This document shows positions 38,338-48,139 of a DNA stretch of 64,000 bases, in pieces. Position numbers and translations under genes: made by a program. Numbering within the stretch: position 1 is the first letter of the stretch; each line of letters opens with the position of its first letter. The notes below the pieces were generated by a model, which was not told where the DNA came from, made no database searches, and was given only the letters and a program-made list of their open reading frames with translations. Source of the DNA: Myxococcales bacterium (GTDB taxonomy: Bacteria > Myxococcota_A > Polyangia > Polyangiales > DASUME01); assembly GCA_047601445.1 (NCBI GenBank), contig JASGJH010000001.1, forward strand, positions 480,001-544,000. The letters are read 5' to 3'.

Positions 38338-39270
38338 TCAGAGCCCGAGTTCGCTGGCGTTGGCGCGCATCCACTCGATGTAGAACGCCACGTCCTTGTG
38401 GGACTCGACTTCGCCGCGCTCGCAACGGGTCTCGACTTCCTTACGCAGGTCACCGAGCCGCTTGCTGGGCGGGATGCCGAAGGCTTCGGTGATGGCGCTG
38501 CCGAGGCCCTTGGGCAGGGGCGGCACCTTGGAGTCGATGGCCGCCAGCGCCTTGATGCGCTTGCTGAGCTCGCTGATCTGCCGCAGCCCCCGCTTCTTCT
38601 TCTCGGGGCGCTTGGTGGTGATGTCAGCGCGGCTCAAGTCCAACAGGTCCTTGAGGCCCTCGCCCATCTCGCGCGAGAAGCGACGCACCGCCGAGTCGGT
38701 CCAGCTGCCGTCGTACTGACTCGCGCGCAGGTGATTGAGGATGAGGAAGTGCACGCGCTGGTGCAGCTCGCCCTCGATGCCGACGCGACGCGCCAGGCGC
38801 TTGCGGAACATGGCCGCACCCGCCTCGGAGTGACCGAAGAAGTGCACCTCGCCGTTCTCGCCGACGCTGCGGGTCTTCACCTTGCCGATGTCGTGCAGGA
38901 GGGCGCCCCAGCGCACGTTGAGCCGCGGCACGCTCTGCCAGACCACCTGCTTGGTGTGTTTCCACACGTCCTTGTGTCGCCACTCGCCGTCGCCGAAACC
39001 CACCAGGGCCTCGATTTCAGGCAACCAGACGCGCAGGAACCCGAGCTCGAGCAGGGCGTCCAGGCCCATGTCCGGCTGGCGGCCCGTAAGCAGTCGATCC
39101 AGCTCCCGGCGCACCACGGCGACTCCGAGCGTGTTCCACTCGTCAGCAGTCGGGGTCGCCGGCCGCTTTTCGGCCAATGCCGGGTCCACGGAAGCCACGT
39201 CCGCTGCCCACACCAGTGCGCGGAGGGCGACGTCAGGACGCAGGGCTTCGGCGGTGCTTACGGACATCAT
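38338..39270 (-). CDS. HD-domain protein resembling the body, HD and tail regions of a CCA-adding enzyme, without the nucleotidyltransferase head
   Basis: RELDRLL, WLPEI, HKDVWKHT, LLHDIGK.KT, HFFGH, WTDSAVRRF, RADITT; RBS GGAGG; no GG.VRD or DxD head motifs. Confidence 0.8.
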   Translation of the reverse strand: MMSVSTAEALRPDVALRALVWAADVASVDPALAEKRPATPTADEWNTLGVAVVRRELDRLLTGRQPDMGLDALLELGFLRVWLPEIEALVGFGDGEWRHKDVWKHTKQVVWQSVPRLNVRWGALLHDIGKVKTRSVGENGEVHFFGHSEAGAAMFRKRLARRVGIEGELHQRVHFLILNHLRASQYDGSWTDSAVRRFSREMGEGLKDLLDLSRADITTKRPEKKKRGLRQISELSKRIKALAAIDSKVPPLPKGLGSAITEAFGIPPSKRLGDLRKEVETRCERGEVESHKDVAFYIEWMRANASELGL

Positions 39271-39416
39271 GCTCGCCTCCTCGCTCGCGGGGGGCGCAAC
39301 GCTAGCAGGTAGGCACCGACGCCGCAAAAGCGAATCGCTAACGAGGTTTAGGTACCGCAACGGGTTTTGCAGGTTTCATGCCCCGGCCCGGGAGCGCTGA
39401 TGTACCCTTCGGGGCC

Positions 39417-41126
39417 ATGAGGCGGCTGCTTAGCGAGCTCCGGATTTGGCTGTTTCCGCTGTCAATTCTGCTGGGCGGCGCGCTCGCGGTCTTCGTGCTC
39501 ACGGTCTGGGTCGACGCGGCGCACTCCTTGGACCCATCCCACGTCCTGGACCTCATCGTCGAGCCGAACCCGGTGTCGGCGCAGAACACCCTCGGCAGTG
39601 CCGGTGAGGTGGTCGCCGCGGTCTTGGCCATCGCCATCACGGTCGTGGCCATCATCGTGGAACTCGCCTCCAACCGCTACACGCACCGCATCACCGAGCT
39701 GTTCGTGCGCGAGCCCATCAACTTCTACGTGATGGGGTTCTTCGTCATCACCGCCCTGCAGGGGCTGTGGGTGAACCTGATCATCGACTACGAGCCGGGC
39801 CACGGCGGCTTCGTGCCCTACGTGTCCATCGGCGTGTCGATGGCGATGCTGACCCTGTGCCTGCTGATCTTGCTGCCGTACTTCGCCTTCGTGTTCTCGT
39901 TCCTGAATCCGATCAGCATCGTGCAGCGCATCCGCGATAAGACCCTGCACGGTATCGAGCTCTCCCTTGGGCGCTGGAATCCCTTCGAGACCCACGTCTC
40001 CGCGCGCCTGTCGGGCGCACAGCAGGAGGCGGTGCGCGGCATCGAGCAGCTCTCCGATGTGTCGTTGAACGCGATGGAACACAAGGACAAGGGCGTGTCC
40101 ATGGCGGGCGTCGACGCGCTCTGCTCACTGCTCGTGAGCTATCAGCGCCTGCGCCCGAAGCTGCCCGAGGGGTGGTTCGGGATCGACGGCTCACTGGCCC
40201 ACAACCCGGACTTCGTCTCGATGGCGCCCGAGGTCCTCGAGGACCTGCGCAAGCGCAAGGTCTGGCTCGAGTGGAAGATCCTGCGTGGCTACCAGAGCCT
40301 CTACAACGAGGCACTCAACAAGATGCGCGACATCAACTACCTGGTGGCGATCAACTCGCGCCTGATGGCGGAGGCGGCCTGGGATCACCAGAACGCGCAG
40401 CTGTTCGAGATGGTGGTGAAGTTCTTCAACACCTACCTGCGTTCGGCCATCAACGCCCACGACATCCGCACCGCCTACAACGTGCTCAACCAGTATCGCC
40501 TGGTGGGCGAGAGCGCGGTGAGGCGCGACCCGAGCGGCGCGCGCGCCATCGAGATCGCCAAGTACTTCAAGTACTACGGCTTGCTCTCGTTCAACGCCAA
40601 GCTGCCTTTCATCCTGGAGACGGTGGCCTACGACATGTGCGCGCTGATCGAGTTCGCGTTCGATCAGAAGAGCCCCGCCACCCAGCCCCTGCTGCGCATC
40701 TTCTTGCAAGTGGACAAGGAGGGCGAGGGAGCCACCCAGGAAACCAGCCTGCGTGGCGTGCGCAAGGCCCAGCTCAAGCTTGCCAGCTACTTCCTGCTGC
40801 GCGGAGACGAAGCCCTGGCCCGCGAGGTGTTCCTCGACATGGGTGACGAGCGCCCCGAGCGTCTGGCCTCCATCCGCGACGAGCTCTTGAACGTGGAATC
40901 GCGCGAGTTCTGGGAGGTCTCCGACCGCGGGGTGAACTTCGACTACCTCGGCGACGAGCGGAAGGCGCAGCTGTTGCGCTTCTTCGAGTGGTTCGGGGAT
41001 CGCCTGCCGCGTTCCCGTAACTCGGGTCCCCAGCGCGCGCAGCCGGCACCCATCCCGGCCGACGCCGGGAACCTGGTGCCTGCTCCGCCGCAGGCCGCCG
41101 CGCCCGCAGGCAGCAACGCTAGCTGA
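39417..41126 (+). CDS. DUF2254-like membrane protein with a large cytoplasmic domain
   Basis: Four N-terminal TMs, VELASNRYT.RI..LF motif, soluble C-terminal domain. Confidence 0.65.
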   Translation: MRRLLSELRIWLFPLSILLGGALAVFVLTVWVDAAHSLDPSHVLDLIVEPNPVSAQNTLGSAGEVVAAVLAIAITVVAIIVELASNRYTHRITELFVREPINFYVMGFFVITALQGLWVNLIIDYEPGHGGFVPYVSIGVSMAMLTLCLLILLPYFAFVFSFLNPISIVQRIRDKTLHGIELSLGRWNPFETHVSARLSGAQQEAVRGIEQLSDVSLNAMEHKDKGVSMAGVDALCSLLVSYQRLRPKLPEGWFGIDGSLAHNPDFVSMAPEVLEDLRKRKVWLEWKILRGYQSLYNEALNKMRDINYLVAINSRLMAEAAWDHQNAQLFEMVVKFFNTYLRSAINAHDIRTAYNVLNQYRLVGESAVRRDPSGARAIEIAKYFKYYGLLSFNAKLPFILETVAYDMCALIEFAFDQKSPATQPLLRIFLQVDKEGEGATQETSLRGVRKAQLKLASYFLLRGDEALAREVFLDMGDERPERLASIRDELLNVESREFWEVSDRGVNFDYLGDERKAQLLRFFEWFGDRLPRSRNSGPQRAQPAPIPADAGNLVPAPPQAAAPAGSNAS

Positions 41127-41131
41127 CCTCC

Positions 41132-42833
41132 ATGCAGCCGTCTCCTCCCGACCTTCCTGACGCCTCTCCCACTCGCATGGAGGTGCGCAGTCGTCGCCCT
41201 CCGAGCCGGGAAGTCGCCATCGAGGAGGACGACACGCGCGCGGCGGAGGATCTCGAGGCCCCCTCCTATACGGTCCGCAACATCGTCGACCGGCAGCTGC
41301 ACAAGCGCATGGAGCTGTTCGCGCCGCTGGTGCTGGCCCTGGTGTGCCTGGTGGCGCTGTCTTCGATGCTGCTGGGGGGCGACCCGCTAGCCCGCTACGT
41401 GCTCCTGGCCACGTTGGGTGTGGGGGCGCTCGGCAGCGGCTACACCATGCTTCGGCTCAAGCGTGGAAGGCATCTCGAGGTGTCACACCTGGTGATGTTC
41501 GGGGTGGCTTGCGCGGTGCCTCTCAACGGGGCCTTCTACTATTGGGGCGTGCTCTCGGGCGTGCTGGTGCTGTTGCCGCTGGGCGCCTTCGTCTTTCCGG
41601 TCGGGCGCACGCGGCAGGGCATGTTGGCGGCCTTCAGCGTGCTCGCCACGCACCTTCTGCTCTCGAGTCTGACCATCCTCGGGGTGATCCAGGACCGTGG
41701 GTTGCTTCGGCCCCACGACCTGCCGCCGCTCGGGCAGTGGCTAAGCTTGTTCTTCGCGGACTCCATCGCGGTGGCGGCGTACTTCATCGGGCGCAGAAGC
41801 GAGCTCTACGCCGAGCGCGCCATGCGCGATCTCGACCGGGCGGCTCGCGAGGCGGCCCAGCGCGGTGAGCTGCTCGCGGAGGCGCGCTTCGACCTGGCGC
41901 GTGCATTGCGCGCGGGCAGGGCAGGGCGCTTCACGGGCCAAAGCCTGGGGGGCTACACGCTGGGGATGGTGCTCGGACGCGGCGCGATGGGCGAGGTCTA
42001 CGAGGGCACGTCGGCCAGCGGCGAATCCTGCGCGGTGAAGCTGCTGCACCTGCACCTGGTGAGCGACCGCAACCACTACGCCCGCTTCGTGCGCGAGGCG
42101 CGCATCGCATCCACCTTGAACGTGGCCAACGTGGTTCGCGTGATCGAGGCCTCCGACGAGAACGCGGTGCTGCCCTATCTCGTGATGGAGCGTTTGAGCG
42201 GCGTGGACCTCGGTGCGCACCTCGGGCAAGTCACCAAGCTCGAGTCCGCAGAAGTGCTCGCGCTCCTGCGTCAGATCGCCGAGGGGCTCGACGCGGCCCA
42301 CGCCGTGGGCATCGTGCACCGCGATCTCAAGCCGCAGAACATCTTCCGCGCCAGCGTGGGCGAGCAGGTGATTCTGGAAGGTGCTCGACTTCGGGGTCTC
42401 CAAGCTCCTCGATCAGAATGCCACCATCAGCCAGGGCGTGGTGGTCGGCACGCCGCAGTACATGGCTCCGGAGCAAGCGCGCGGTGACGCCGTCGATGCG
42501 CGCGCGGACTTTTACTCGCTGGCGTTGATCACCTACCGCGCGCTCACCGGGCGCCCGGCCTTCATCGTCAGTGACGTCCACACCTTGCTGGCGGTGGTTT
42601 CCTTGCGCATGCCGCCACGACCCAGCGACATGGTCGCGATACCCACCGAGGTCGACGACGTCATCGCGGTGGCCATGTCGAAGGAGCCGCGCGACCGCTT
42701 CCCGAGCGCGCGGGCCTTTGCGGATGCTCTGGAGCTGGCGTTTCAGGGGCGCATCGACCCCGAGCTACGCAAGCGCGCCCAGGACGTGTTGGCTCGCTGG
42801 CCCTGGGACGACCCGGCGCGCGAACAAAAGTAG
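41132..42833 (+). pseudogene. Multi-TM Ser/Thr protein kinase split by a +1 frameshift near 42372
   Basis: GRGAMGEVY, AVK, HRDLKPQN in one frame and DFG, YMAPEQ in another; removing one T from GTGATTCTGGAAG gives VIWKVLDFG. Confidence 0.85.
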
Positions 42834-42869
42834 TTTCAGCAGTCAGCAGAGGTAGCGCGACGTCACGGT

Positions 42870-43487
42870 ATGCGTGCGCTTCGATGGCTGTGGGTCTCGC
42901 TCTTGGTGGGCTGTTCGCCCGTGGTCAGCGCGCCCCGCCGCGCGCGCGTGGAGCGCCCTCTGCGGCCGACCTGCCAGGTGTTGGAGGGCGCGCTCTGGTG
43001 CGCGGACGAGCAGGCACCACTCGAGCCCGTGCACCTTCCCTTCGCCATCAAGATGGCCGCCCCGCGGGCCGCCGGTGGTGCCTATGCGCTCGGGTCGGCC
43101 GGGCAGCTCGTGCGAATCGGGCCGCGCGGTCTGATTACGGGCGCTTTCCAGACCGAGCTCGTGTCGCTGACGACGACGCAGGATTATCTGTGCGGCGTCA
43201 GCACGGGTGGGGAGGTGCTCTGTGCGCGCGACCACCACCAGGACGCCGTCTGCCCCGCCGCCGGGCTCTCACCCTGGCAGCGCGTGCCGAACCTCCGGCC
43301 TCGGGACGCCGAGCTATGGAGTGCCGACGCCGGCAAGCGCCTCTGCACCACGGACGAAAGCGGGGAGGAGCAGTGTCGCTCGGGGCGCGCTGCCTGTGGC
43401 CGCTTTTGCCTGTCCTATCCTGCCTGTGGCCCCCTGCGCTGCGTCGACGCCTGCGCGCCCGAAGACCAGCTCGGGGCGATGCTTTGA
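42870..43487 (+). CDS. Cys-rich putative lipoprotein
   Basis: Lipobox LVGC; many Cys; RCC1-like CGVSTGGEVLC fragment. Confidence 0.55.
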   Translation: MRALRWLWVSLLVGCSPVVSAPRRARVERPLRPTCQVLEGALWCADEQAPLEPVHLPFAIKMAAPRAAGGAYALGSAGQLVRIGPRGLITGAFQTELVSLTTTQDYLCGVSTGGEVLCARDHHQDAVCPAAGLSPWQRVPNLRPRDAELWSADAGKRLCTTDESGEEQCRSGRAACGRFCLSYPACGPLRCVDACAPEDQLGAML

Positions 43488-43528
43488 TTTTTCTTCATCA
43501 CGCCGAGTCGGTGAGGAGACGATCCCAC

Positions 43529-44125
43529 GTGAGGTCCGTGCCCCTGCCCATGTTCCTGCGCCGCACTCGCACCCTGTCCAGCGCGCCCGCGCCGGAGCAC
43601 GCGGTCGTCAGCGTGGTGCGGGCAGAGCTCCCCCGCGTGGAGCGCCTGCTCGGGCGCATGCTGGGACCGCGGGCCGACCTGGAGGACCTGGTGCAGACCG
43701 TGTTCGTGGAGGCCTGCCGGTCCTACCCGAGCTTTCGCGGAGAGGGCAGCCTGGGCGCCTTCATCGGCGGCATCACCGTGCGCGTGGCCCGTCGCGCCAT
43801 GCGAGGCAGCGCCTTCTCACGCCATCGTGCCGATCTGGAGGTGGAGCCCGCGAGCCCGGGCATGAATCCCGAGGAGAGCTACCAACACGGGCAGCACATG
43901 CAGGCCATCCGGCGGGCGCTCGAGAAGCTCGCGCCCAAGAAGCGGGTAGCGTTCACGCTGTGGGCATTCGAGGGGCTCGAGCCTGCGGAGATCGCGCGAC
44001 TCACCGGCGCAAGCCTGGCAGCCACCCGTTCGCGCATCTTCTACGCGCAACGCGAACTCCGGCAGATGGCTCTAAAGAACCCGAGTCTGCGCGACGCGCT
44101 GGGGGGGCCCGATGAAACCCGATGA
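43529..44125 (+). CDS. ECF RNA polymerase sigma-70 factor
   Basis: LEDLVQTVF region 2; EGLEPAEIA...ATRSRIFYA region 4; GTG start after RBS GAGGAG. Confidence 0.88.
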   Translation: MRSVPLPMFLRRTRTLSSAPAPEHAVVSVVRAELPRVERLLGRMLGPRADLEDLVQTVFVEACRSYPSFRGEGSLGAFIGGITVRVARRAMRGSAFSRHRADLEVEPASPGMNPEESYQHGQHMQAIRRALEKLAPKKRVAFTLWAFEGLEPAEIARLTGASLAATRSRIFYAQRELRQMALKNPSLRDALGGPDETR

Positions 44126-45095
44126 ACGCCTGCGCGCGCGCTTGCGAGAACTCGCCGACGCGGAGTCACTGCCCGAGTTGTCCGCCGCGCGGCGCCTGGG
44201 GGCCGAGTCGCGGGCACGCGCGGAGCTCGAGCGCAGCGAGAGACGGCGTACTTGGGGGCTGGCGCTGTTCGCCTGTGGAGCGCTGGCCGTGGCGGCGCTG
44301 TTGATGCTCGAGCTGCCGAGTCGCTCACAGCAGGCGCAAGTCGCCGTGCGTCCGTCGCAGGGCTCGCCTCCACCGCATGGAGTCGACACTCGGTCCGCTG
44401 CCCACGTGGGCTCCTCCTTGCCGAGCGCACCAGCGCAGTCGCCCTCGTGTAGCGCGCACGCCGCGGCGCGCTGGACCCACGTCCCGAATGGTCTCGAGCT
44501 CGATCTCGGCGCGCGCGCTCTGCTGCGGGCTTCGCCGGAGGCGCTCGTGACGCACAGCCTGTCGGACGACTGTGACGTGCAAGCTGGCCTCGAGCGTGGC
44601 GCTTTGGCCGTGCACGCCAGGCACCTGGGCGGGCGCACGTTGGTGGTGCACACGCCACGCGGCGACGTCACGGTCAAGGGCACCATCTTCGAAGTGGCGC
44701 TTTCAGCGTCGGGCGAGCTGAGCGTGGGCGTCGACGAGGGCTTGGTGGAAGTGCGTCCGCCCGACGCCGCGGCTGTGCTGGTGGAGCCCGGAATTCGAGT
44801 CTCGCTCGGCACACGCATGACGCGAGAGCCATTCGCCCACTCCGAGCGCACCGCCCTGCGTCGACAGCTCGGCTTGGACGTCCTGGTTCCGAGCACGGGG
44901 CAGGCGCTGCCCATGCCGCAGGTCCAGCCGAACGCTCCAGACGCCGCGGCGGAGGAGCCGACCGTGGAGCGCAGCTGGCACGCGGGCAGCGTCGAGCCGC
45001 CCCGCGTCGCGCCCGAGCCGGGCTCGAGTGTCACCGAGGAAGGGCGCCCCATGTCGAAGCCGCGAGTGGTCCATGAAAAGGGAGGTCATCCATGA
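44112..45095 (+). CDS. FecR-domain anti-sigma-like membrane protein
   Basis: Overlaps the sigma gene end; one TM; VHTPRGDVTVKGTIFEV...VGVDEGLVEV FecR motif. Confidence 0.82.
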   Translation: MKPDERLRARLRELADAESLPELSAARRLGAESRARAELERSERRRTWGLALFACGALAVAALLMLELPSRSQQAQVAVRPSQGSPPPHGVDTRSAAHVGSSLPSAPAQSPSCSAHAAARWTHVPNGLELDLGARALLRASPEALVTHSLSDDCDVQAGLERGALAVHARHLGGRTLVVHTPRGDVTVKGTIFEVALSASGELSVGVDEGLVEVRPPDAAAVLVEPGIRVSLGTRMTREPFAHSERTALRRQLGLDVLVPSTGQALPMPQVQPNAPDAAAEEPTVERSWHAGSVEPPRVAPEPGSSVTEEGRPMSKPRVVHEKGGHP

Positions 45096-45331
45096 AGAAG
45101 CTAGTCATCGCCTTGTGCATCGTAGGAACCCTTGCGGGCCTGGCTCGCGCCGAGCCGATTCATGCGCCCAAGCCGGTCGAATACGGCTTCGACGACGAAC
45201 TCGTGTCCGGCGACCTCGTGCGCTCGGACAGCGAGTTCATACCGGTCCGGCGGCGCAGCGTGCGCGCTTCGCTGGTCGAGGTGCGCACCAGCTACGTGCC
45301 CGAGTTACTCAAGAGTGTCGAGGACCTCTAA
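45092..45331 (+). CDS. Small exported CglF/GltF-like protein
   Basis: Signal peptide ending ARA; Y.FDDELVSGDL...D.EF...R...SL..VR..Y..ELLKSVEDL resembles Myxococcus CglF as recalled; RBS GGAGG; ATGA coupling. Confidence 0.72.
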   Translation: MKKLVIALCIVGTLAGLARAEPIHAPKPVEYGFDDELVSGDLVRSDSEFIPVRRRSVRASLVEVRTSYVPELLKSVEDL

Positions 45332-45407
45332 AGACCCGCCTGCGGTCACGGGGCGAGTTGGCCGTGCGATTTGGAGAATGCTCTGCCGCGCGGCATGCTG
45401 CATCACC

Positions 45408-46421
45408 ATGGATCATCTGCTCGCCGGGGACATCGGGGGAACCAAGACCGCGCTCAGCCTCTACGCGCGAGACCCCCAAAGCGGATACCGCGACGTGGCG
45501 CATGCTCGGTACGTGAGCGCCGAGTATTCGGGGCTCGCGCCCATCATTCGGGATTTCCTGCAAGCAGCGCTCGGAGCTGGCGCCCACGACAGCGTGCGCG
45601 CCGCGGCCTTCGGCGTGGCCGGACCCGTGGAGAACGGCGTCTGCAAAACCACCAACCTGCCCTGGATCATCGAGCAGCGGCTCCTCTCGCAGATCCTGGG
45701 CGCCCCGGTCGGGCTGATCAACGACTTCCATGCCGTGGCGCTCGGCATCGGCGAGTTGATGCCCGAGGACTTCGAGGTACTGCAGGTGGGGCAGCGCGAC
45801 CCCGAGGGCCCGGCGGCCATTCTCGGCGCGGGCACCGGCCTCGGTGAGGCCATCCTCCTGCCCGGACCGGGCGGCGGGGTGCAAGTCATCGCAAGCGAAG
45901 GCGGCCACGTGGACTTCGCGCCTCGCAACCAGCTCGAGCTCGAGCTGCTGCAGTTTCTGTGGTCGCGCCATCGCCGCGTGTCGGTGGAGCGCGTGGTGTC
46001 AGGACCGGGCATCAAGACCCTGTACGACTTCGTGATCGAGAGCCAGCAGGCACCGGAGTCCGGTCAGGTACGGGAAGCGCTCGAAAAAGAAGACCCGAGC
46101 AAGGTGATCGGTGAGCACGGTGTGGCCGGCACCGACGCGGCCTGCGAGAAGGCCGTGGATCTCTTCGTGAGCTTGTACGGCTCCGAAGCCGGCAATCTGG
46201 CGCTCAAGATTCTCCCGCGCGGAGGTCTGTTCGTGGCAGGTGGGGTGGCGCCCAAGCTGATCGCCAAGATTCGCGACGGCTCCTTCATGCACGCCCTGCT
46301 CGACAAGGGGAGGCTCTCGAGCGCCCTGATGCAGTTGCACGTCGCGGTGGTGATGAACCCGCACGTGGGTTTGTTCGGAGCCCGTCGCTTGGCCAAGGAC
46401 CTTCACAACAGCCGCATCTGA
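45408..46421 (+). CDS. glk: Glucokinase (E. coli Glk type)
   Basis: AGDIGGT, GVAGPV, TNLPW, INDF, GAGTGLG, SEGGH, SVERVVSG. Confidence 0.93.
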   Translation: MDHLLAGDIGGTKTALSLYARDPQSGYRDVAHARYVSAEYSGLAPIIRDFLQAALGAGAHDSVRAAAFGVAGPVENGVCKTTNLPWIIEQRLLSQILGAPVGLINDFHAVALGIGELMPEDFEVLQVGQRDPEGPAAILGAGTGLGEAILLPGPGGGVQVIASEGGHVDFAPRNQLELELLQFLWSRHRRVSVERVVSGPGIKTLYDFVIESQQAPESGQVREALEKEDPSKVIGEHGVAGTDAACEKAVDLFVSLYGSEAGNLALKILPRGGLFVAGGVAPKLIAKIRDGSFMHALLDKGRLSSALMQLHVAVVMNPHVGLFGARRLAKDLHNSRI

Positions 46422-46460
46422 TGAAGCAACGCGGCAGGCCAAACGACAACGGGCTGATCC

Positions 46461-47801
46461 TCAACGCACGTTCACGATGGCGACTGCGTTGGGCTCCATC
46501 AATCCCGTGACGAGATCACCCAGCGCGCTGAGCTTGCCGTCTGCGGCGATGCTGAACACAGCCAGCGATCCCGAGCCCTGGTTGGCCACCACCATCAGCT
46601 CGCCTTCGGAGTCGATGTCGAAGTTGCGCGGGGTCGTGCCGCGTGTGGACTCGTTCTCGATCAGGGTCACGGTGCCATTGGCCGCGATGGAGAACACCGC
46701 GATGTTGTTCTGCCCGCGGTTGCTCATGTACACGAACTTGCCCGACGGGTGCACGAGCGCATGGGCGCCCGTGTCGCCAGCGCCGTCCGCCTGGTTGTTG
46801 GCCAGGGCCGACGTGGTCTGCAGCTCGGTCAACAGACCTGCGTTGCTGATGCTGTAGACCGACAAGGTGCTGTTGTCCTCGTTGGCCACGTAGAGGTAGG
46901 GCTTGCTGGGATGCAGCGCGACGTGGCGCGGCCCGGCGGGGGTCTCCACATCCGGGTCACCGCCGCGGATGGTCACCGGGTCATTGGCAGCGAGCTGACC
47001 GGTGTTCGAGTTGAACTTGAGCTGGCCGATGGTGTTGGCGTTGCGGTTGGCGGCGAAGGCAAAGGTACCCGTCTTGTCCACGCGGACGCTGTGGGTCTGG
47101 GCGTCGGAGGCAAACGGGAAGGAACTCGCCGGAGCTCCCAGAGCCCCGCTGTTCTCGATGGGAAACGAGACCACGCGTCCCCCGTAATAGTTGGCTGCCA
47201 ACACGAAGTCCTGGTTCGGGCTCAAGGAGGTGAACACCATGGCGTTCAGCTCCGAGCTTCCGGCCTGCACCTGTTGCGTCTCGATCTTCGACGGTGTGCC
47301 GTCGTTGCCAATGGAGGCCGCGGTCACGCCGGCGGCGTAGGACTCGTTGGCCACGTAGAGGAACTTCCCGTTCGCGGTGGGCGCGATGTACGTGGGCGAC
47401 GGGCCGAGGTCCTTGTTGCCGCCTACCTGGGTCAGGGCACCCGTGCTGCGGTTGAGCTTGAAGGTCTTGAACGGGTAGGGATCGCCCCCGTTGCCTCCTT
47501 GATAGACGTAGGTCGCGATGATTGGCTTCGGAGCGACGGCGGCGTCCTGGCCCGAGTCCACGGCGGCGTCGTGCGGCGCCGCTCCGTCGTGACTGGCGTC
47601 GCCGGTCGCGGCATCGCGCGGCTTTTGCGCGGCGTCTTCCTGCGCGGCATCGCCACCTTGGCTGCTGGCGTCGTCGCCTTCGCTCGTCGTCGCGTCGCGT
47701 TCGCTGTTGTTGTCAGAGGAGCTGGTGCAGCCGAGTCCCGCCGCCAAGGCGAGGCAAATCAGAGGGCGCAGGCTGCGGCGGATGGGCGTGCGTGTCTGCA
47801 T
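46461..47801 (-). CDS. Lactonase-family 7-bladed beta-propeller (Pgl/YbhE-like) lipoprotein with an acidic linker
   Basis: Lipobox GLGC; ANYYGG, GPRH, YMSNRG, TPRNF, VANQ. Confidence 0.85.
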   Translation of the reverse strand: MQTRTPIRRSLRPLICLALAAGLGCTSSSDNNSERDATTSEGDDASSQGGDAAQEDAAQKPRDAATGDASHDGAAPHDAAVDSGQDAAVAPKPIIATYVYQGGNGGDPYPFKTFKLNRSTGALTQVGGNKDLGPSPTYIAPTANGKFLYVANESYAAGVTAASIGNDGTPSKIETQQVQAGSSELNAMVFTSLSPNQDFVLAANYYGGRVVSFPIENSGALGAPASSFPFASDAQTHSVRVDKTGTFAFAANRNANTIGQLKFNSNTGQLAANDPVTIRGGDPDVETPAGPRHVALHPSKPYLYVANEDNSTLSVYSISNAGLLTELQTTSALANNQADGAGDTGAHALVHPSGKFVYMSNRGQNNIAVFSIAANGTVTLIENESTRGTTPRNFDIDSEGELMVVANQGSGSLAVFSIAADGKLSALGDLVTGLMEPNAVAIVNVR

Positions 47802-48139
47802 GGCCTTTTGACCCTGCCACGTGCCGCGACCGGCAACAAATCTGGGGCATTGCTCAATTCCAACGCAATACCGCGTGGTTGGGGCATTCGTGAGACAGGT
47901 GGGCAGGCTGGCACGACGCAGGGCACGGCGGGCGGCGCTCACTGGGCTCAAGGCTACGCAGGCTCACGAATGGGGACCCCAGATGTGGGGCGCCTTGCCC
48001 AAAACTCGAATGCTTTTGGAGCGATGTGACTGTTCCATGACACCGCTTACCCAGGATGTGGTCTATAAGCCCACCATCGGAAACGTATGTGTACGTTTCT
48101 CGACTGCTCGCCGAGTGACTGCACCCTGGAGAGATCCCC

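Noticed and set aside
17104..42833. Programmed frameshifting or phase variation as the cause of the three split genes
   Set aside because: Each is a single extra base in a two-base run, without a slippery heptamer or long homopolymer; sequencing error is the simpler explanation
42884..43528. Long N-terminal extension of the first ECF sigma factor
   Set aside because: Arg/Ala-rich shadow frame over the upstream lipoprotein gene; a good RBS precedes the GTG at 43529
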